A DNA stretch of 64,000 bases, taken from positions 15,192,001-15,256,000 of the forward strand of contig NC_087437.1 in NCBI RefSeq assembly GCF_036321535.1, read 5' to 3'. Under the pieces are notes generated by a model. The model searched no databases, had not been told where the DNA came from, and saw only the letters and a program-made list of their open reading frames with translations. Source of the DNA: Camelus dromedarius. Taxonomy: Eukaryota. This document shows positions 24,577-38,147 of this stretch, one piece after another. The position numbers and the translations under genes are program-made. The first letter of the stretch is position 1. Every line of letters begins with the position of its first letter.

Positions 24577-25176
24577 TGAAGGAGGATTAACCAAATGGCT
24601 GCATTTAGGCTAACAGTTTGCTTATTCTTATGCTTGCCCTTAAAACGGTCAGCTGATCTGACTGACCCACTGCTACTCCCAGCTCTAGGCCCGTTGTTAA
24701 AATAAAGCTATTAATTTTTACTGTTTCTGCTTTATTCCAGTAATCAAAAGCAATAATTATGCATCATTTCTGAGTTTTTCTCCAGGCATAAGGTCATGGA
24801 AATGCAACCTTACAAAATAGGCTAAATACCAAGAAGACCACGCCTTGGGCACTTACAAGATAAAGAGATCAAAACAGTGACAACCGCTGGCCTCTATAGA
24901 GTTAGTCTCCTGGAGACATCACGACGCCACTCTAAGTCTTCTGACAAGAAAATGATTCTGTTGATTGTTATCAATGATATTTTTGTCTGAGCTATGGCTA
25001 TGTAATCACCCTGCCCCATCCCCAAGGGGGGCTCACAGTTTTGAAGGCACCAGCCTGCCGTGAGCGCCCTTTGCCCAGCAAAGTAATAAAGTTGTCTCTT
25101 TTCTTCTAAGCTCCAAGACCCTGCCTCTGAGTTTCAATTTGGCTCATCAGGGACAGGGGCTGATCTTTTGGCAACA
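24577..25176 (+). mobile_element. Solo ERV1-class LTR (600 bp; MER34-like ends)
   Basis: Starts TGAAGGAG and ends TTTTGGCAACA. Perfect 4-bp TSD tggg (24573-24576 / 25177-25180). AATAAA at 25085-25090 in the expected R-region position. Confidence 0.85.
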
Positions 25177-25836
25177 TGGGGAAGAAACAAGAACACTTGG
25201 TGTCTCTTCTCTGTGCCCCCCATAAGTCACAGATCTCCCAGGTCTGGGAGGGTCTGGGCAGAAGCCTGCAGAGTCTAGGCTCTGCCTGGGCCCTGCCCTA
25301 CAAAGCCCTCAGCCCTCTGCACAAGCATGCCTTCATGCTAACTGAAACCAGCCTCCTCCCACGGCTCCCACGGACCTAGCTGGGCCACACAGGGCCAGCA
25401 GCAGGGGTTCACTCCCAGGGCTTGGTGGCTGGCAGATGTGACACATTGTCATCGCCAGGAACTGAGCTTGCCAGGTTGCTCGGCAGGCCCAGGACAGCGA
25501 GCCTGCGCCAGCTCTGGGGAGGGCTGGGGGTCCCGGGAAGGTGGGCACAGATGGAGATCAGCAGCCTCCCTTGAGGCCTAGCTATGCCTCCCCAGGAAGA
25601 CTGACCCCCAGACATTCGGGCACTGACATGGGTGGGGTCGCTTCAGTTTTCTGTCCTCAGAGCATTGCATACTCTTCAGTGATATTTATTAACTGCTGTA
25701 ATGAATTTACCCCTTACTTTGGACAAGTGGGACTGCAGAGAGAATAAGCAGAAAGCTTTATTCCTGCCCCTAGTAAAATCTCCCACAGGTCCCATGGCTT
25801 TCTGATCACTTCTAAATAATAAAAACTTTTAGTCTA

Positions 25837-26192
25837 TTACATGTGGAATCTAAAAAACTGAGACAAATGAACTTATTTACAGAACAGAAACAGACTCACA
25901 AACATAGAAAACAAACTTGTGGTTACCAGTGGGGTAAGGTAGGGGTGGGTAGTGGAGGGATAAATTGGGAGTTTGGGATTTGCAGATATACACTACTATA
26001 TATAAAATAGATAAACAGCAAGGTCCTACTGTAGAGCACAGGGAACTATATTCAATACCTTATAATAGCCTATAATGAAAAAGAATATGAAAAGGAATAT
26101 ATTTATGTATAACTGAATCACTAAGCTGTATACCAGAAATTAACACAACATTGTAAACCAACTAGATTTAAATTAAGAAAAAAAAACTTTTT
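25837..26192 (+). mobile_element. 5'-truncated artiodactyl-type L1 3' UTR
   Basis: gaacttatttacagaacagaaacagactcac...gtagagcacagggaactatattcaat...acaacattgtaaa + A-tail. 15-bp TSD aaaacttttagtcta (25822-25836) / aaaacttctagtcta (26193-26207). Confidence 0.9.
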
Positions 26193-27239
26193 AAAACTTC
26201 TAGTCTAAAGAATCCTATAATTAATATGATATAATAATAATATAATAATCCAGTATAATAATCAAATCCTCTCTCCACTGTCAGCTTCTTCCGCAGTGCC
26301 TGGCAAACAGCGGTGGGCTGGCAGTGCTTGTGGAATGGATTTTCTGAGCCCTGGTTTCCTGACCTGTAAAATAGAGGTATTTTACACTGCGCTGCTTGCC
26401 TCCTAGGGTTGAGATGTAAAGTAAGGGGACTCCAGTGCTCTCTCTGGCCAGGAAGACTCCTCCCACATCCCCTTCTCCTGGCCAACTCTACTCTTCCTCA
26501 AAACTTAGCTTCTGGGAAGCCTTCCTGACACCCCTTGCTGAACCTGGGGCCCCTCCCTCCCGCTCTCCGCTCTTGGAGTTTGATCCTACTGTTTGTGCCT
26601 GTGTGTACTTACCACCCTCTGAGATCCACCACCACATTCTGCAGTGGTGTTTGTTGAATAAACAAAGAGGAAGGGAGGAGGGTAACAGTCTCTGATAAAT
26701 GTTGATGAAAAGTTAATAATGTGAGGTTGGTATTATTAGCAATAAATGAGAGAGGGGAGAGGTGAGGAATGAAAGCGGGAAGAGGGAAGAGGCAGGGAGG
26801 GAGGACCCGAGACAAAGCAGCTACCCAGACCCACAGGCTTCCATCTGGAGTGCAGAGGGCAAACGGGGTGGGGTCGGCTCTTCCTAGTCTCCTACCCGAG
26901 CAACAGGAGGAAAGAGGAGGGGGCAGGGCTAGGAGGCGGGGCAGCCTCTTTCTCTCCCTGCTCCTCACTCTTCCTCTTGATGACTGTGTCCCAGTCCTTC
27001 TAGGAATGGCCTGTAGGCAGGCAGATGGGGATTTAAAATAAGGCTGTCTCCGAAGAAATTCTCCCAATTTCTTCTTCCTTGCTCTTCACTCATATTCTTG
27101 AAATGGAACATCCCTTGGACATTTTCTTTGTAAATCCTGCATGTGGTGGTCCATCTCAGACTTGGTGGAATCTGATCATCTATCCCATCAGTGATTCACT
27201 CAAACTGAATAGGACAGGAAGCGTCCCATAAACATTGAT

Positions 27240-28550
27240 TACACTAGTAAACACAACGGCAAAAGGAAATAAACATTATAGCACTAAGAATGGGAGAGGG
27301 GGCCACCAGCAGAGTTTGAAGACAATTGGATGGAACCATCTGATGGGCACATCAGAACAGAGGAGGCAGCCACAGAGGTAGATGCCTAGGAGGTGCTCAT
27401 GGGGGGCCTGGGAAGACTCTGTGGTCAGAAGGTACAGGCACAGAGGAGACAACAGGGAGGAGAAATCAGGGCGAGTCCTAGATCTACCTGGAAAGAGTTG
27501 TGTCTAAGAGCACATCCACCCTATACTTGCCTTGTCTTGAGTAGGCAGAACAAGAAGCCAAGATGGTATCCACCCCAGGCCGCACCAGAGGGTGCTCTGT
27601 AAAAGAAACGAGACAGGATCTCTGGGGGATACTGGGGCTCCTGAGCCAATGTTGCCATTCCAAGAAAAGATGTCCCTATAGTTGGGGGGCCTGGGGGGGT
27701 GGTCCTGGCCATGGCCCCTAAATGGAATCCTGCCAGTCTACATGCCCAACGCTCCCACTGGGAGAAGAGCTCTGTTGAAGAAATAGATCCACATGATGGT
27801 AGAGAAGACCAATACGAAGCACCTATATTAAAACAAAAACCTCTCATCCACAGATATAAATGGATAGCTAAGGGTCTCCAGGTCGTTGAGTAACACCAAC
27901 AGTCCACAAAGAAGAACCAAAATATGCAAACAAACAGAACTATGAATCCAGGAGAAACAGAGATAGTGTGGGAAATGGTAAATTACTTAAAAAAAATCTT
28001 AGTGTCCTCAGTGAGATCCTAGGAGGTTTTTCTTCCATAGACAGAGGGGAAAAAAGTCATTGAAAAAAAGAAAATAGAAAACAATAACATGTTCTTGAAA
28101 ATTAGAAATGTAATTGTCAAACTGAAAAAAATGCCAAGAATTGAAAGAAATACCCGAGAACAAAAGTTCTGAAAATGTGATACCCCACCAGCAACAACAA
28201 CATCGCTGGGAAAGCTTTTAACACGAGATTTTCTGTGTTCCAGTCTAGACTTACTAAATTAGAAACTGGGGGTGGAGCCCAGCAATCTATGTTTTTGGAA
28301 GCCCTCCAGGAGATTAGGAGGCACCTCAAGTTTGAGGACCACTGAGACCTAAAACAGAGAACAAAAAGACAAAGAGCTGAGAAGTGAGAAAAAAAATTAA
28401 AAGACATAGAGAATCAATGGGGGAAAAGTTACAGAAAAGGGAGACAGAGACTTAGGAGGAGCACACAATCAAATACATAACTACAGTGATCCAAATATAA
28501 GTACGTTTCAGAAAATGTCCTTGAACTGAAGGAAGATACTAATCTTTAGA
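27240..28550 (+). mobile_element. Very old L1/HAL1-like 5' and ORF1 relic
   Basis: A-rich ORF1-like text (ttcttgaaaattagaaatgtaattg; aattaaaagacatagagaatcaat; ttgaactgaagga). Highly diverged. Confidence 0.45.
28160..28344. mobile_element. MER5A-like hAT-Charlie MITE
   Basis: gaaactgggggtggagcccagcaatctatgttttt...gccctccaggagatt...aagtttgaggaccactg terminus. Confidence 0.8.
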
Positions 28551-28689
28551 CGTCAGAGCCTCGAGAGTTTTATCCCCTCATCATTGCTGGGAAAATTAGA
28601 GCCAGTACATGCAAAGAATCTGTCACATCTCATAGCACAAAGCAACACCCAGTAACTGTTGCTACCCTCCTCGCTGCTTGGGTGCTTGG

Positions 28690-29600
28690 CACCCAAGACC
28701 CTCCAAGCCTTTCTCTACAGCTATTACAAAGAGTCTTGCTTGTAGTTTATGTATTTTTTTTCATAGAGTTCATCATATTGTACATAGTGCTTTGCAACTG
28801 AGTTTTTTGTGTTTAGCAAACAGGAAGTTCTCCCTGGTCAGTTTCTCCATATTCACTTTATTACTACACAGTATCCACACTTTACCTGCTTCTTACTGAT
28901 AAGCTGGCATCTATTTTTGTTACAGTTATAAGTAATGCTGTACTAAGTTTCAGGCTTACCAACCATTTGTGAGGGTAACAGTTTCCCTCATCAACACTTG
29001 ACATTAAAGTGAGATTAATTCTTGATAAATGTTGTTAAAAAGAAAAGACCCCCTTGCTGCATTTCACTGCATCTCCCTGGCTTCAGACAGGGTGACCTCT
29101 TTCTTGTGTTTGTTGCACATTTGCAAGTTCTCTTCTGCAAATTTTGCTCATATGCCTTGTCTAGTTATTTTCGTATCAAGTTGTTTGTCCTTTACTTATT
29201 GGTCTGCAGTGTTTTATATAGTCTGAAAATTAATTTTTGTCTATTACACATGTAACACATATTTAAATTTTAGCAAAAGGATGTTTAATACTAATTTTTG
29301 AGAAGGTTGTAAGATAAAGCTTTCTAATTTTTTCCCCAAATAGATATTTTTTTCAACACCGATATTTAAATAGTTTTGTCACCTTAATAAAATCTCATTT
29401 AATCATTCGCCCATTTTCACATGTAAATGTGCCTATTTCTGGCCTCTCTATTCTGTTCCAGTGATATATTGTTTGAATTCTTAGTAAGTCATCACTACTG
29501 CTACTGCCATCCTTGTCATTTTTTTTTCTTTTTTTCAAAATATTCTTGGCTATTCCTGCACATTTTTTTTCTTCCAGATAAATTTTAGAGTAAGCCTACC
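28690..29600 (-). mobile_element. Old L1 ORF2/3' relic (antisense)
   Basis: ggcctctctattctgttccagtgat; ttcttggctattcctgcacattt...ccagataaattttaga. Confidence 0.6.
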
Positions 29601-29609
29601 AAGTTCATT

Positions 29610-31400
29610 TTATTTGACATCCATTCATTCCTTTTTCAATGTTCTTGCTTTGTGTAGATCTGAGTTCCTGACTTCTATTATTTTCCTTCTCTAAAGAATT
29701 TTCTTGAACATTTCTTGCAAGGAATGTCTACCAGCAACAAATTCCCTGAATTTTTGTTGGTCAGAGAAGGTCTTTATTTCTTTATCATGCTTGAAGGAAA
29801 ATTTTGCAAGGTAAGGAATTCTTGGTTGGTGAGATTTTTTTTCTCTTAACACTGTAATTTCACTCCACTATCTTCTTGTCTGCATGTTTTCTCTGAGGTG
29901 AAGTCGGATGCTAATTCTTATCTTTGTTCCTCCTTATTTTTTCCCCTCTGGCTTCCTTCGGAATTCTTTTATCTTTGATTCTCTGCAGTTTGAAAATGAT
30001 ATGCCTAGATCTGCCCCACCCACCCGCCCGCCTGCCCGCCTGCCCGCCTGCCTCCCTCCCTTCTTCCTTTCTTTTTTGGCATTTATCTGGCTTGATGTTC
30101 TCTGGGCTCCTTCCTAGGTCTGTGGTTTGGTATCTGACACTAACTTGGGGAAATTTTCAGTAATTATTGCTCCAAGTATTTCTTCTGTTCCTTTCTCTCT
30201 TTCTTCTCCTCTGGTCCTCTCATTACACATAAACAACACCTTTTGTTTTGTCTCATAGACCTTAACTATTCTGTTCTTTTTTGATTGTTTTGTTTTTCAA
30301 TCTTTGTTCTCTTTGCTTTTCAGCTTTGGAAGTTTCTATAGAGAGATCCTCTAGCTCAGAGCTTCTTCTTCCATTGTGTCCAGCCCACTAGTAAGCCCAT
30401 CAGAGGAATTCTTCATTTCCGTCAGTGTTCCTGATCTCTAGCATTTCTCCCTCTGCTTGCACTGTTCATGCGTTCTCACACACTGACTACTCTATCCATT
30501 AGTGCCCTGAGCATATTAATTGCAGCTGTTTTAATTTGTGGTCTGATAATTGCAATATCCCTCCCACATCTGGTTCTGATGTTTGCTGTCTTTTCAAATT
30601 GTTTTTGCCCTTTAGTATACTTGTAAATTTTCCCTTGATGGCTGGATATGACGTACTGGTAAATAGGCATTTAGTAATGTGGTAATGAGGTGGGGGGGAG
30701 GGGAAGGGTTTCTATAAGTAAGTCTCAGTCTTTTATCGAGCCTGTAGCTCTGCATTGTGAATTTCACAAGTGTTTCTTGGGTATTTTTTTCTCCCCTACT
30801 AGGTGGGACAGAGTAGCTAGAAGGAAGGGGGGCAGATCGGGGATTCTCCTTCTCCCACGTGGAAGGCTGGAGCCGCCTGGAGGTGGGCATTTCCCTTTCC
30901 CCAGGTCAATTAGGCTCTGAAAATACCCCAGTAGGTTCGGCTCCAGTTAACTAGTAACACCAGTAGGAGGGCCTTGATAAAAACAGAGTACTCTGATGTA
31001 TTTCAGAATGGTTTCTTTTCTCCCTCTCCCTGCTGGAGGCACGAAGGGATTTTCCTCTGATATTTACTGTGAGAACCTGGCCATGCTCCTGGAGGTAAAA
31101 CACACAAAAGTGTGGGGTAGTCCCATGACCGGGTCCCCCAGACTTTTCACCTGTCACACTTGTCCACAGTGAAGCTTGTGAATCAGAGTTCGTGTTTCCC
31201 TACCCCAGCGCTGACTCCTGCTCATGAGGCTCCCCAGGTGTGCCAGTGTGTCTCCCCAGCCTTGGGGGCAGTGGTTTGCCCCATGCTCTCACCTCTCAGG
31301 GATCCAAGGAAAGATGCTGATTTGTCAGTCTGTTCCTGGTTGCTATGGAGTGGCAACTTCTAAGCTTCTTACATGCAGAGCCGGAAACTGGAAGTCCCCA
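29610..31400 (-). mobile_element. Old L1M 5' UTR/ORF1 relic (antisense); same family as 19880-21520
   Basis: gtaagcccatcagaggaattcttcatttc and gagcatattaattgcagctgttttaa...gtctgataatt are reverse complements of motifs in the plus-strand copy. Confidence 0.75.
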
Positions 31401-31467
31401 CCAAGTTTGTTTTAAAAGTGAACTATTTATAACCACGTTAAAAAAACAAACCATGTTGAACCTATTT

Positions 31468-31474
31468 TATATAC

Positions 31475-31509
<35 letters not shown>

Positions 31510-31517
31510 TATATATA
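31468..31517. repeat. (TA)n(CA)n(TA)n microsatellite
   Basis: Directly visible alternating dinucleotides. Confidence 0.9.
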
Positions 31518-32029
31518 ATATATATTTATAAATGTATTGAACCTATTAATTTGAAAAGAACTGACTTATAAACATTTTGCATCCCTGTATCCAGGAACAT
31601 GTTTGACATCTCCATTTATTCAGGGTTGCTTTTTAGTAAATTCAATAACTTCAATAATGCTTGATAGGTTTTCATATTTCTTGCACATTTTTTGACAAGT
31701 TTATTCCCAAATATACTATATGGTTGTTTTTAAAACTATTTTTATAAAGTCCTTTTTTGGTTGGTTTGATTGGTTATTATTGGCTTCTTGGAATGCTAGT
31801 GGTTTTAGTAAGTTATTCTCTACTCGGTCTCTTTCTTTTGTTTTTCGGTTGGTTTTGCTTTTTTATTAGTTTTAATAGTTTGTCTAATAGTTTTATTATT
31901 TCTATTTGTCAGCTGAGTTGCCTGCATTTGCTAGCTCGACCATGAAATCATCTGGAAAAAAAATAACAGTTTTGTCATCATCCCGGAACACCTCCCCCAA
32001 ATTATTTCTTATTCATGTCTTACTGTTTC

Positions 32030-32490
32030 ATGAGATTTTGAGAAAGTAGGCCACGCAGAAATGAGGTCGCAATCCAAATGTATGGACCACATGAGCAAAG
32101 AAGCCACCACGAATCAAAGTCAGCAAAGGCATGAACAGCTTGAAACTTCTGAGAACTTTGAGAAATGGAATCAATAGACCCAGATTATTAAAAAGGAATG
32201 TGTACAATGATTAAAGAAAGGAAAGATGTAATGAAACACATAAGCAGCTACTTAGGTTGTTATATATATAAATGAGAAGAGAGAGCTTTTAGAAATGAAA
32301 AATACAGACACTGAACTCTAAAACCCAAATCCATTCAACAGCAGAGGAACCACAACTAAAAAACAGAATTGGTGAATCAGAAGGTAGGTTACAAAAAGTT
32401 ACCCAGAATGCAGTACAGAAAGTTAAAATGAGGAAAAATATTAAACAGAGGTTAAGAGATGTGGAAGATAGAATAGAAAAAGGCAACATT
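32030..32490 (+). mobile_element. Old L1 ORF1 relic
   Basis: gaattggtgaatcagaaggtagg...acccagaatgcagtacaga...gaggttaagagatgtggaagatagaat. Confidence 0.65.
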
Positions 32491-33944
32491 TGCCTTCAAA
32501 AATATTTTTTCTCTCTTATTGTTAGGGATTAATTAATCCAACAATATACTCTGGTCTTTGAGCCACAATTTGGCATTTTCTCCCAGACAACAGGAAGATA
32601 ATCAAATGCTTACTGTAGTGAGTACACTTGCACAAAAATGTACTTTCCTTAGATACTCAAAAACAATTTCAAGGCCGCTTCCTGGTATCCTGTGCCTAGA
32701 TGAGAAAGTATATTTGTAACAAAGGTACTGTGCACTTTCTAATTTCACTGCATAACATTTTTTAAAATAAAAAAATAAATCAAGGAACCTAATTCCTGGA
32801 GCAAGGAGTGAAGGAAGGGCCATTTGTCACAAAATCACCATGGCAGTTGCTGGTGCCTCCCTTCCATGGTCGGTCAGCCAACAGTGTCAACTCTTTAGAA
32901 TGACATTCAAAGTGATGTTTATGCTAGTGAATTAGAGCAGGGAGCCGATGATGTCTGGGTCATGGGTCATTTCCTTAGTGGCTCACAGCCACAGGCCGCG
33001 GCCCAAGCCCAGAAGGCGCCTTGTGGTCTCAGGTCTGGGTCCAGAGGTTGGGGCCACTGGGCCGAAGTTGTTACCACTACTAGAAAAGCAACTCCAGGGA
33101 TGCTAGCTGGATCATGTACTTGCTTAAATATAGGCTGAGTGAATGCAGGAACATAGAAGCCAGCGCTATGCAATGTCATGTGGACACAGATGAGGGAAAG
33201 TCTCATGTAAAAACTCCCTGCACGTGGCCATCTCACCCTGCAAGTCAATAGCTTTCTCTCTGTTTCTTTCAGGAGTGTGTGTCTTGGAAACCAACTTTGT
33301 CTCTGGCATACCTTTCTCCAAGGCTTTTGAATACACTGAATAGATTTTTTTCTTAGAATAATGAATTCCATATGTGTGCATTTCTCAGTGGGAAGTGGGA
33401 GGATTACTTTTATTTGGTCAGTAAAATTACTCGTCGCTGTAAGAAATCATTATATTTAATAAACCCTGAGTGCTAGAAAAAGTTGCAGAGGAGAGGGTGG
33501 AGTGGGCCTTCATTGCTTAGGGAGCTTACAATGTAACAGACCCCAAAATACACCTCTCTGACATTCACATGATGCTAGGCATCCACACTTGTTTGCAGGA
33601 AAACATTTATCATACCAATTTTTCAGAATGCTTGAAATAAATGCTTGAGTGATTTTTTTTTTTTTAAAGGAAAAAGAAGGTAACTTTGGCAGCCAGGGTG
33701 GCACTGGGAAGAAAACAGGGGCAAAAGGCCCAAACAAGATGTTTTTGCCAAAGACTAGGGGAGGGAGCAGAGGGGACAGGAGAGGTTGCCCCGTCGACCT
33801 ACAGATAAGACACTCTCAGGAGGATGGGGGTGCTGGAGAGGGCATATCAGAGAGACCCCAAATTCTGCCCCTGGATGACTCAGTAAGAACTACAACAGAA
33901 GGAGTGAAGGTAGCTCCCTGGGAGACCCTGATGGAGGACTGAAA

Positions 33945-34320
33945 AAGGAGAGGATGAGTTTTGTGTTGTCTGTGTTGGGTTTGAGGTAGCTGTGTGACAT
34001 CCAGGTGGGGATGCCAGGGGGAGATATTAAAAAAGGCCTGGACCAGAGACCAGGTGTGGGGGTGCTGGGCACAGAGCAGTTATCCGAGCAGGGACGGAAT
34101 CACTGAGGGACAAGATGGAGAGAGAAGACTGGGATAAGAACTGCAGGATTCCCCCCCAGTTTGGGGAATGGGAGAAAGTAGCTTATGTAGAAGGTAAGAG
34201 GAAGAAAAGGTCCAGGAGAGAAGCAGTGAGGGAAGAGAGGGTTTCATGCAGGGTGATGTGGCTGGGAGGGTCAGGAGCAGGAGGATTGAGAAAAGGCCAC
34301 TGAATCTGGCAGCCTTGGGA
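33945..34320 (-). mobile_element. L2 relic
   Basis: gagttttgtgttgtctgtgttgggtttgaggtagctgtgtgacatccaggtggggatg; aggattgagaaaaggccactgaatctggca. Confidence 0.6.
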
Positions 34321-37192
34321 GCCTTAGGACCTGCAGAGGGAGGTGTCCCAGAGAGTAAGGACACTCTGGTCCCCGGGCCGGGGTGCTGACACCTGAGTGA
34401 GCCAAGAGATGGCCCAGGGGTGGTTGAGCCCTCCTCTTCCAGGCAGTGTGATGGTACCAGGCAGGGGAGACACTGAATGGGGGGTGGAGGGAGGCCATGA
34501 CAGGGGAGGAGGCCACCAAGACAGGAAAATCATAGGGAATGAAGACCACCAGCAGGAAACTGCCTAGGGGACCCAGGGCGGGAGGGGACAGTAGTGATGA
34601 CAAGAGGGAGAGGTGAGAAAGCTCTTCTGAAAGAGGGGATGGGTGTCCCAGGAACAGGACGTGGACTTTCTCAGGAAAGAAAGGGGAGCCGATGACTGGG
34701 GCTGAATTAGGGGAGGGCGAAAGGGGAGGGAGGAGTCAGAACAGGAGGAAGAGGGTTAAGATGGGGATGATGGGGCCAGGCGGGGCCGGCATGAAGGAGA
34801 GGACAGTGAAGACAGTCCATGGGCAACCAACTGGACAGACCTCAGCGCAAAGTGACGCGGGTCAAGCAAAGAACAGCTGAGTTTCCGAGAGGGCCCCTGG
34901 CCTGGCCTACTGCTTAGAGAATGAGCTTGAGGTTATGCTGGGTCGGCCTTCCTTTCTCCTGAGCCCCAGGGACCTCTCGGAGGGCTGAACACTCCCCAGC
35001 CCAAGAAGTCCTTTGTCTAGTATGGCCGCCTTGGTCTTGCTTTGTTTCCTGAGCTTTCCTCGCTTTACCCACCGCTTCCAGGAGATGGAAGGGATGCTTC
35101 CTGTGAATCCCCTTCTGGCATTCCCGCCCAGGCTCCTGGGGGTCCGCAGCTGTTCTGGAGAATCAAGCTGTGCCACAGTTGCCCACCATGACGATCCAGC
35201 CAGGCCTCTGGTCAGGAGGACCCCTATCACAGGATGGCTCAGACAGCTAAGAGCAGAATGGACTACAGTGGGGGAGGCTGGAGGGCAGCATCACTGGGAA
35301 GGAGTTGTAGTTGTCCAGGCAGGAATGATGGAGGCCTGGACCAGAGCAGTGGAGATGCAGTGAAGAGAAGGGGGTCGGGGGGAGGTTGCAGGGACACACT
35401 TTAGAAGTAGTGGACTGAGTAAGGGGGTGAGAGAAAGAGAGGAACTACGCCTGGTCCCGCGTACCAAGTGGCACTCAGTGTTGTCATCTGAACAGCAGAC
35501 TTCTTAGTGCGACATGTACTAGGTGAGCCTGACAGTCTGGAGTGTTTTCTCCGAGCCTGGGAAACCTCAGTGAAGACAGCAGATGTCTGTTTTCCCAAGA
35601 AGGGGCAAGGGTAGGCAGGGCCTTCGGATGACTGGACGGGAGCTTAAGAGGGGCCAGTTCTCCTGCCCAGCCTCTGCAGGGACTTCCCTGAAAGAGTCAG
35701 GGTCAAAGTCCCTGAGCCAGCTCTGGGGAGGATGTGAGAGGTCCAGTCCAGCCTTGTGGGACCACCTCAGGCCTGACCCCCCAGCTTCTCCCAGCTCCTG
35801 CCCGGGGTACAACCGTGGCAGTGGGGGCCTGGAGGCCAGGCCAGACTCCTCTCAGCATCCTGAGAAGAGAAATCCCCCGTGACCTGATGTGATGCAGCTT
35901 TCCACAAATGGCATTTTTGGTTTTTACCCCTGGGAAATGGAGTATTTGTTTTCCAAGAAACAGATTCTTGGATAGAAAGAACTAGATTTGCAAATAAAAA
36001 TTTTAATGAAAGTGGGGGATGGTGGGGGTGAAAGGAAGGCAGCCAGACAGATTTCAGCTGATGCCGTAAGTGGTTTTCTCAACCCCAGGATGTGTGCAAA
36101 GCTGCAGTCATACCCTGGGACCAAAGTGGTCTGAGCCACTGGGTTTAGAGGGATGGGAGTTGGGGCGGTGGGGTGGGCAGAAGCTCACAGATGGAGGCTA
36201 TCATCACACTATTGGGACCAATTAGAAAACCAAAGTCAAGGACAGAAGTGACGGCCACTCAGATGAACAAGGGTCATGCAAGTCCGGGTGGTCCCACACA
36301 GACCCTAGGGCATTCCTATCCCACAGGCAGTGGCCTGAGCAGTTCCCCATTAGAACAGGGCCACTGCCCCTCCAGGGACTACCCCACATCTCTGGAGATG
36401 CTGGAGATGCCTTCCCCAAGGGTTCAGGCTTCGCAGGTTTTACTAGGCCCTCGAGGAAGGCTCTCTGGGGCTGGAACCCTGGGGGTGTCTACAGCTTCAG
36501 AGCCTTTCCTCCCCCACACACTGCACTGTAACTGGCTGGTTATACGATCTAACCCCCTCTACTGTCCTACCCCCGCCCCCCAGACTGTGAGAACAGGATG
36601 GACTTCTAGCCTTCTCTATTCCCAGGGCCTGCCTGGCAGAGCTTAACAGTGTTTTAGTTGAATAAACAGAAAAATGACCAAATCCTCAACCAGCTGATCA
36701 AATTCCTTTGGTACAGTATAAACTTACTGTTCCTGAGTGGTGAGGATAAACAGCCAACTTGTATCCCTAAAAACCCCTCCTATACCCACGGCCTGGCAGG
36801 GAGAAAAGGCAAGGATGGAGATGTATTCCTCCCCACGCCTTGTGCCCACAAGGCCCAGCACGGGAGGCAGCCGGGCTGGCATCGAGATCCGCTCGTTCTG
36901 TTCTCCTGAACATGATCTACAGGTGAGCTACGCTCTGCTGTGAAAAGATGAGATGAGCTGGGCCGATCAGATGGTCTGGCTCGGAAATCTGATTTGAAAA
37001 TAAGCAAAGAAACTGCCTGTTAGTAGTAGTTAATGTAGTAAGTACAGGGGAGGTTAGAAAGGCCACATGTTAGTTTTAGTTACAAACTATAAACAAGCAG
37101 AGTCAGAAGCCGGCTGGTACCCAGACAGAAGCCAAGAGGACACTTTAAAAGGCTGCAGATCGAGGACAGCCTCTTCAGCAAGCCTCTTAAGC

Positions 37193-38116
37193 AGATAAAT
37201 GCAAAAATAAACAGGTGGGACTACACCAAACTAAGAAGCTTTTGCACAGCAAAGGAAACGAAAAGGCAGTCTATGAATGGGAGTGGATATTTGCAAACCA
37301 TTTATCTGATAAGGGGCCAGTATCTAAAACACATAAAGAGCTCATACAACTCAACTGAAAGAAGACAAACAGCCCAATTACAAAACGGGCAGAGGACCTG
37401 AACAGATATTTTTCCAAAGACGTACAGGTGGCCAGCAAAGACATGAAAAGATGCTCAACATCACTAATGACCAGGGAAATGCAATTCAGAACCACAGTGT
37501 GACATCACCTCACACCTGTCAGAATGGCTATTTTCAGAACAAGTGTGGACGAGGATGTGGAGAAAAGGGAACCCACATGCACTGTTGGTGGGAATGTAAA
37601 TTGGTGCAGCCACCATGGAAAAGAGTATGAAGGTTCCTCAAAAAATTAAAGCTAGAACTAGCATATGATCCAGCTATTCCACTTCTGAGCATTTCCCTGA
37701 AGAAAACGGAAACACCAATTTGGAAACACGTATGCATCCCGATGTTCACTGCAGCATTATTAACAAGAGCGAGGATACGGAAGCAACAGAAACGTCCATC
37801 CACAGATGAATAAAGATGTGGTGTTTACACACACACTCACAGAGGAATACCACTCAGCCATAAAAAAGAATGAAATGTTGCTATTGGCAACAACATGGAT
37901 TATACTAAGTGAAATAAGTCAGAGAAAGATAAATACCGTATGACTTCACTTATATATGGAATCTAAAGAACAAAACAAAATAAAACAGAAAGAGCCTATG
38001 GATACAGAGAACAAACAGGTAGTTGCCAGAGGGGAGGAGGATGGGGAGGGATGAAAAAAATGGTTAACTATGTGAGTTAATGAATGCTACTTAGCTTGAC
38101 TGTGGTGATCATTTCA

Positions 38117-38147
<31 letters not shown>

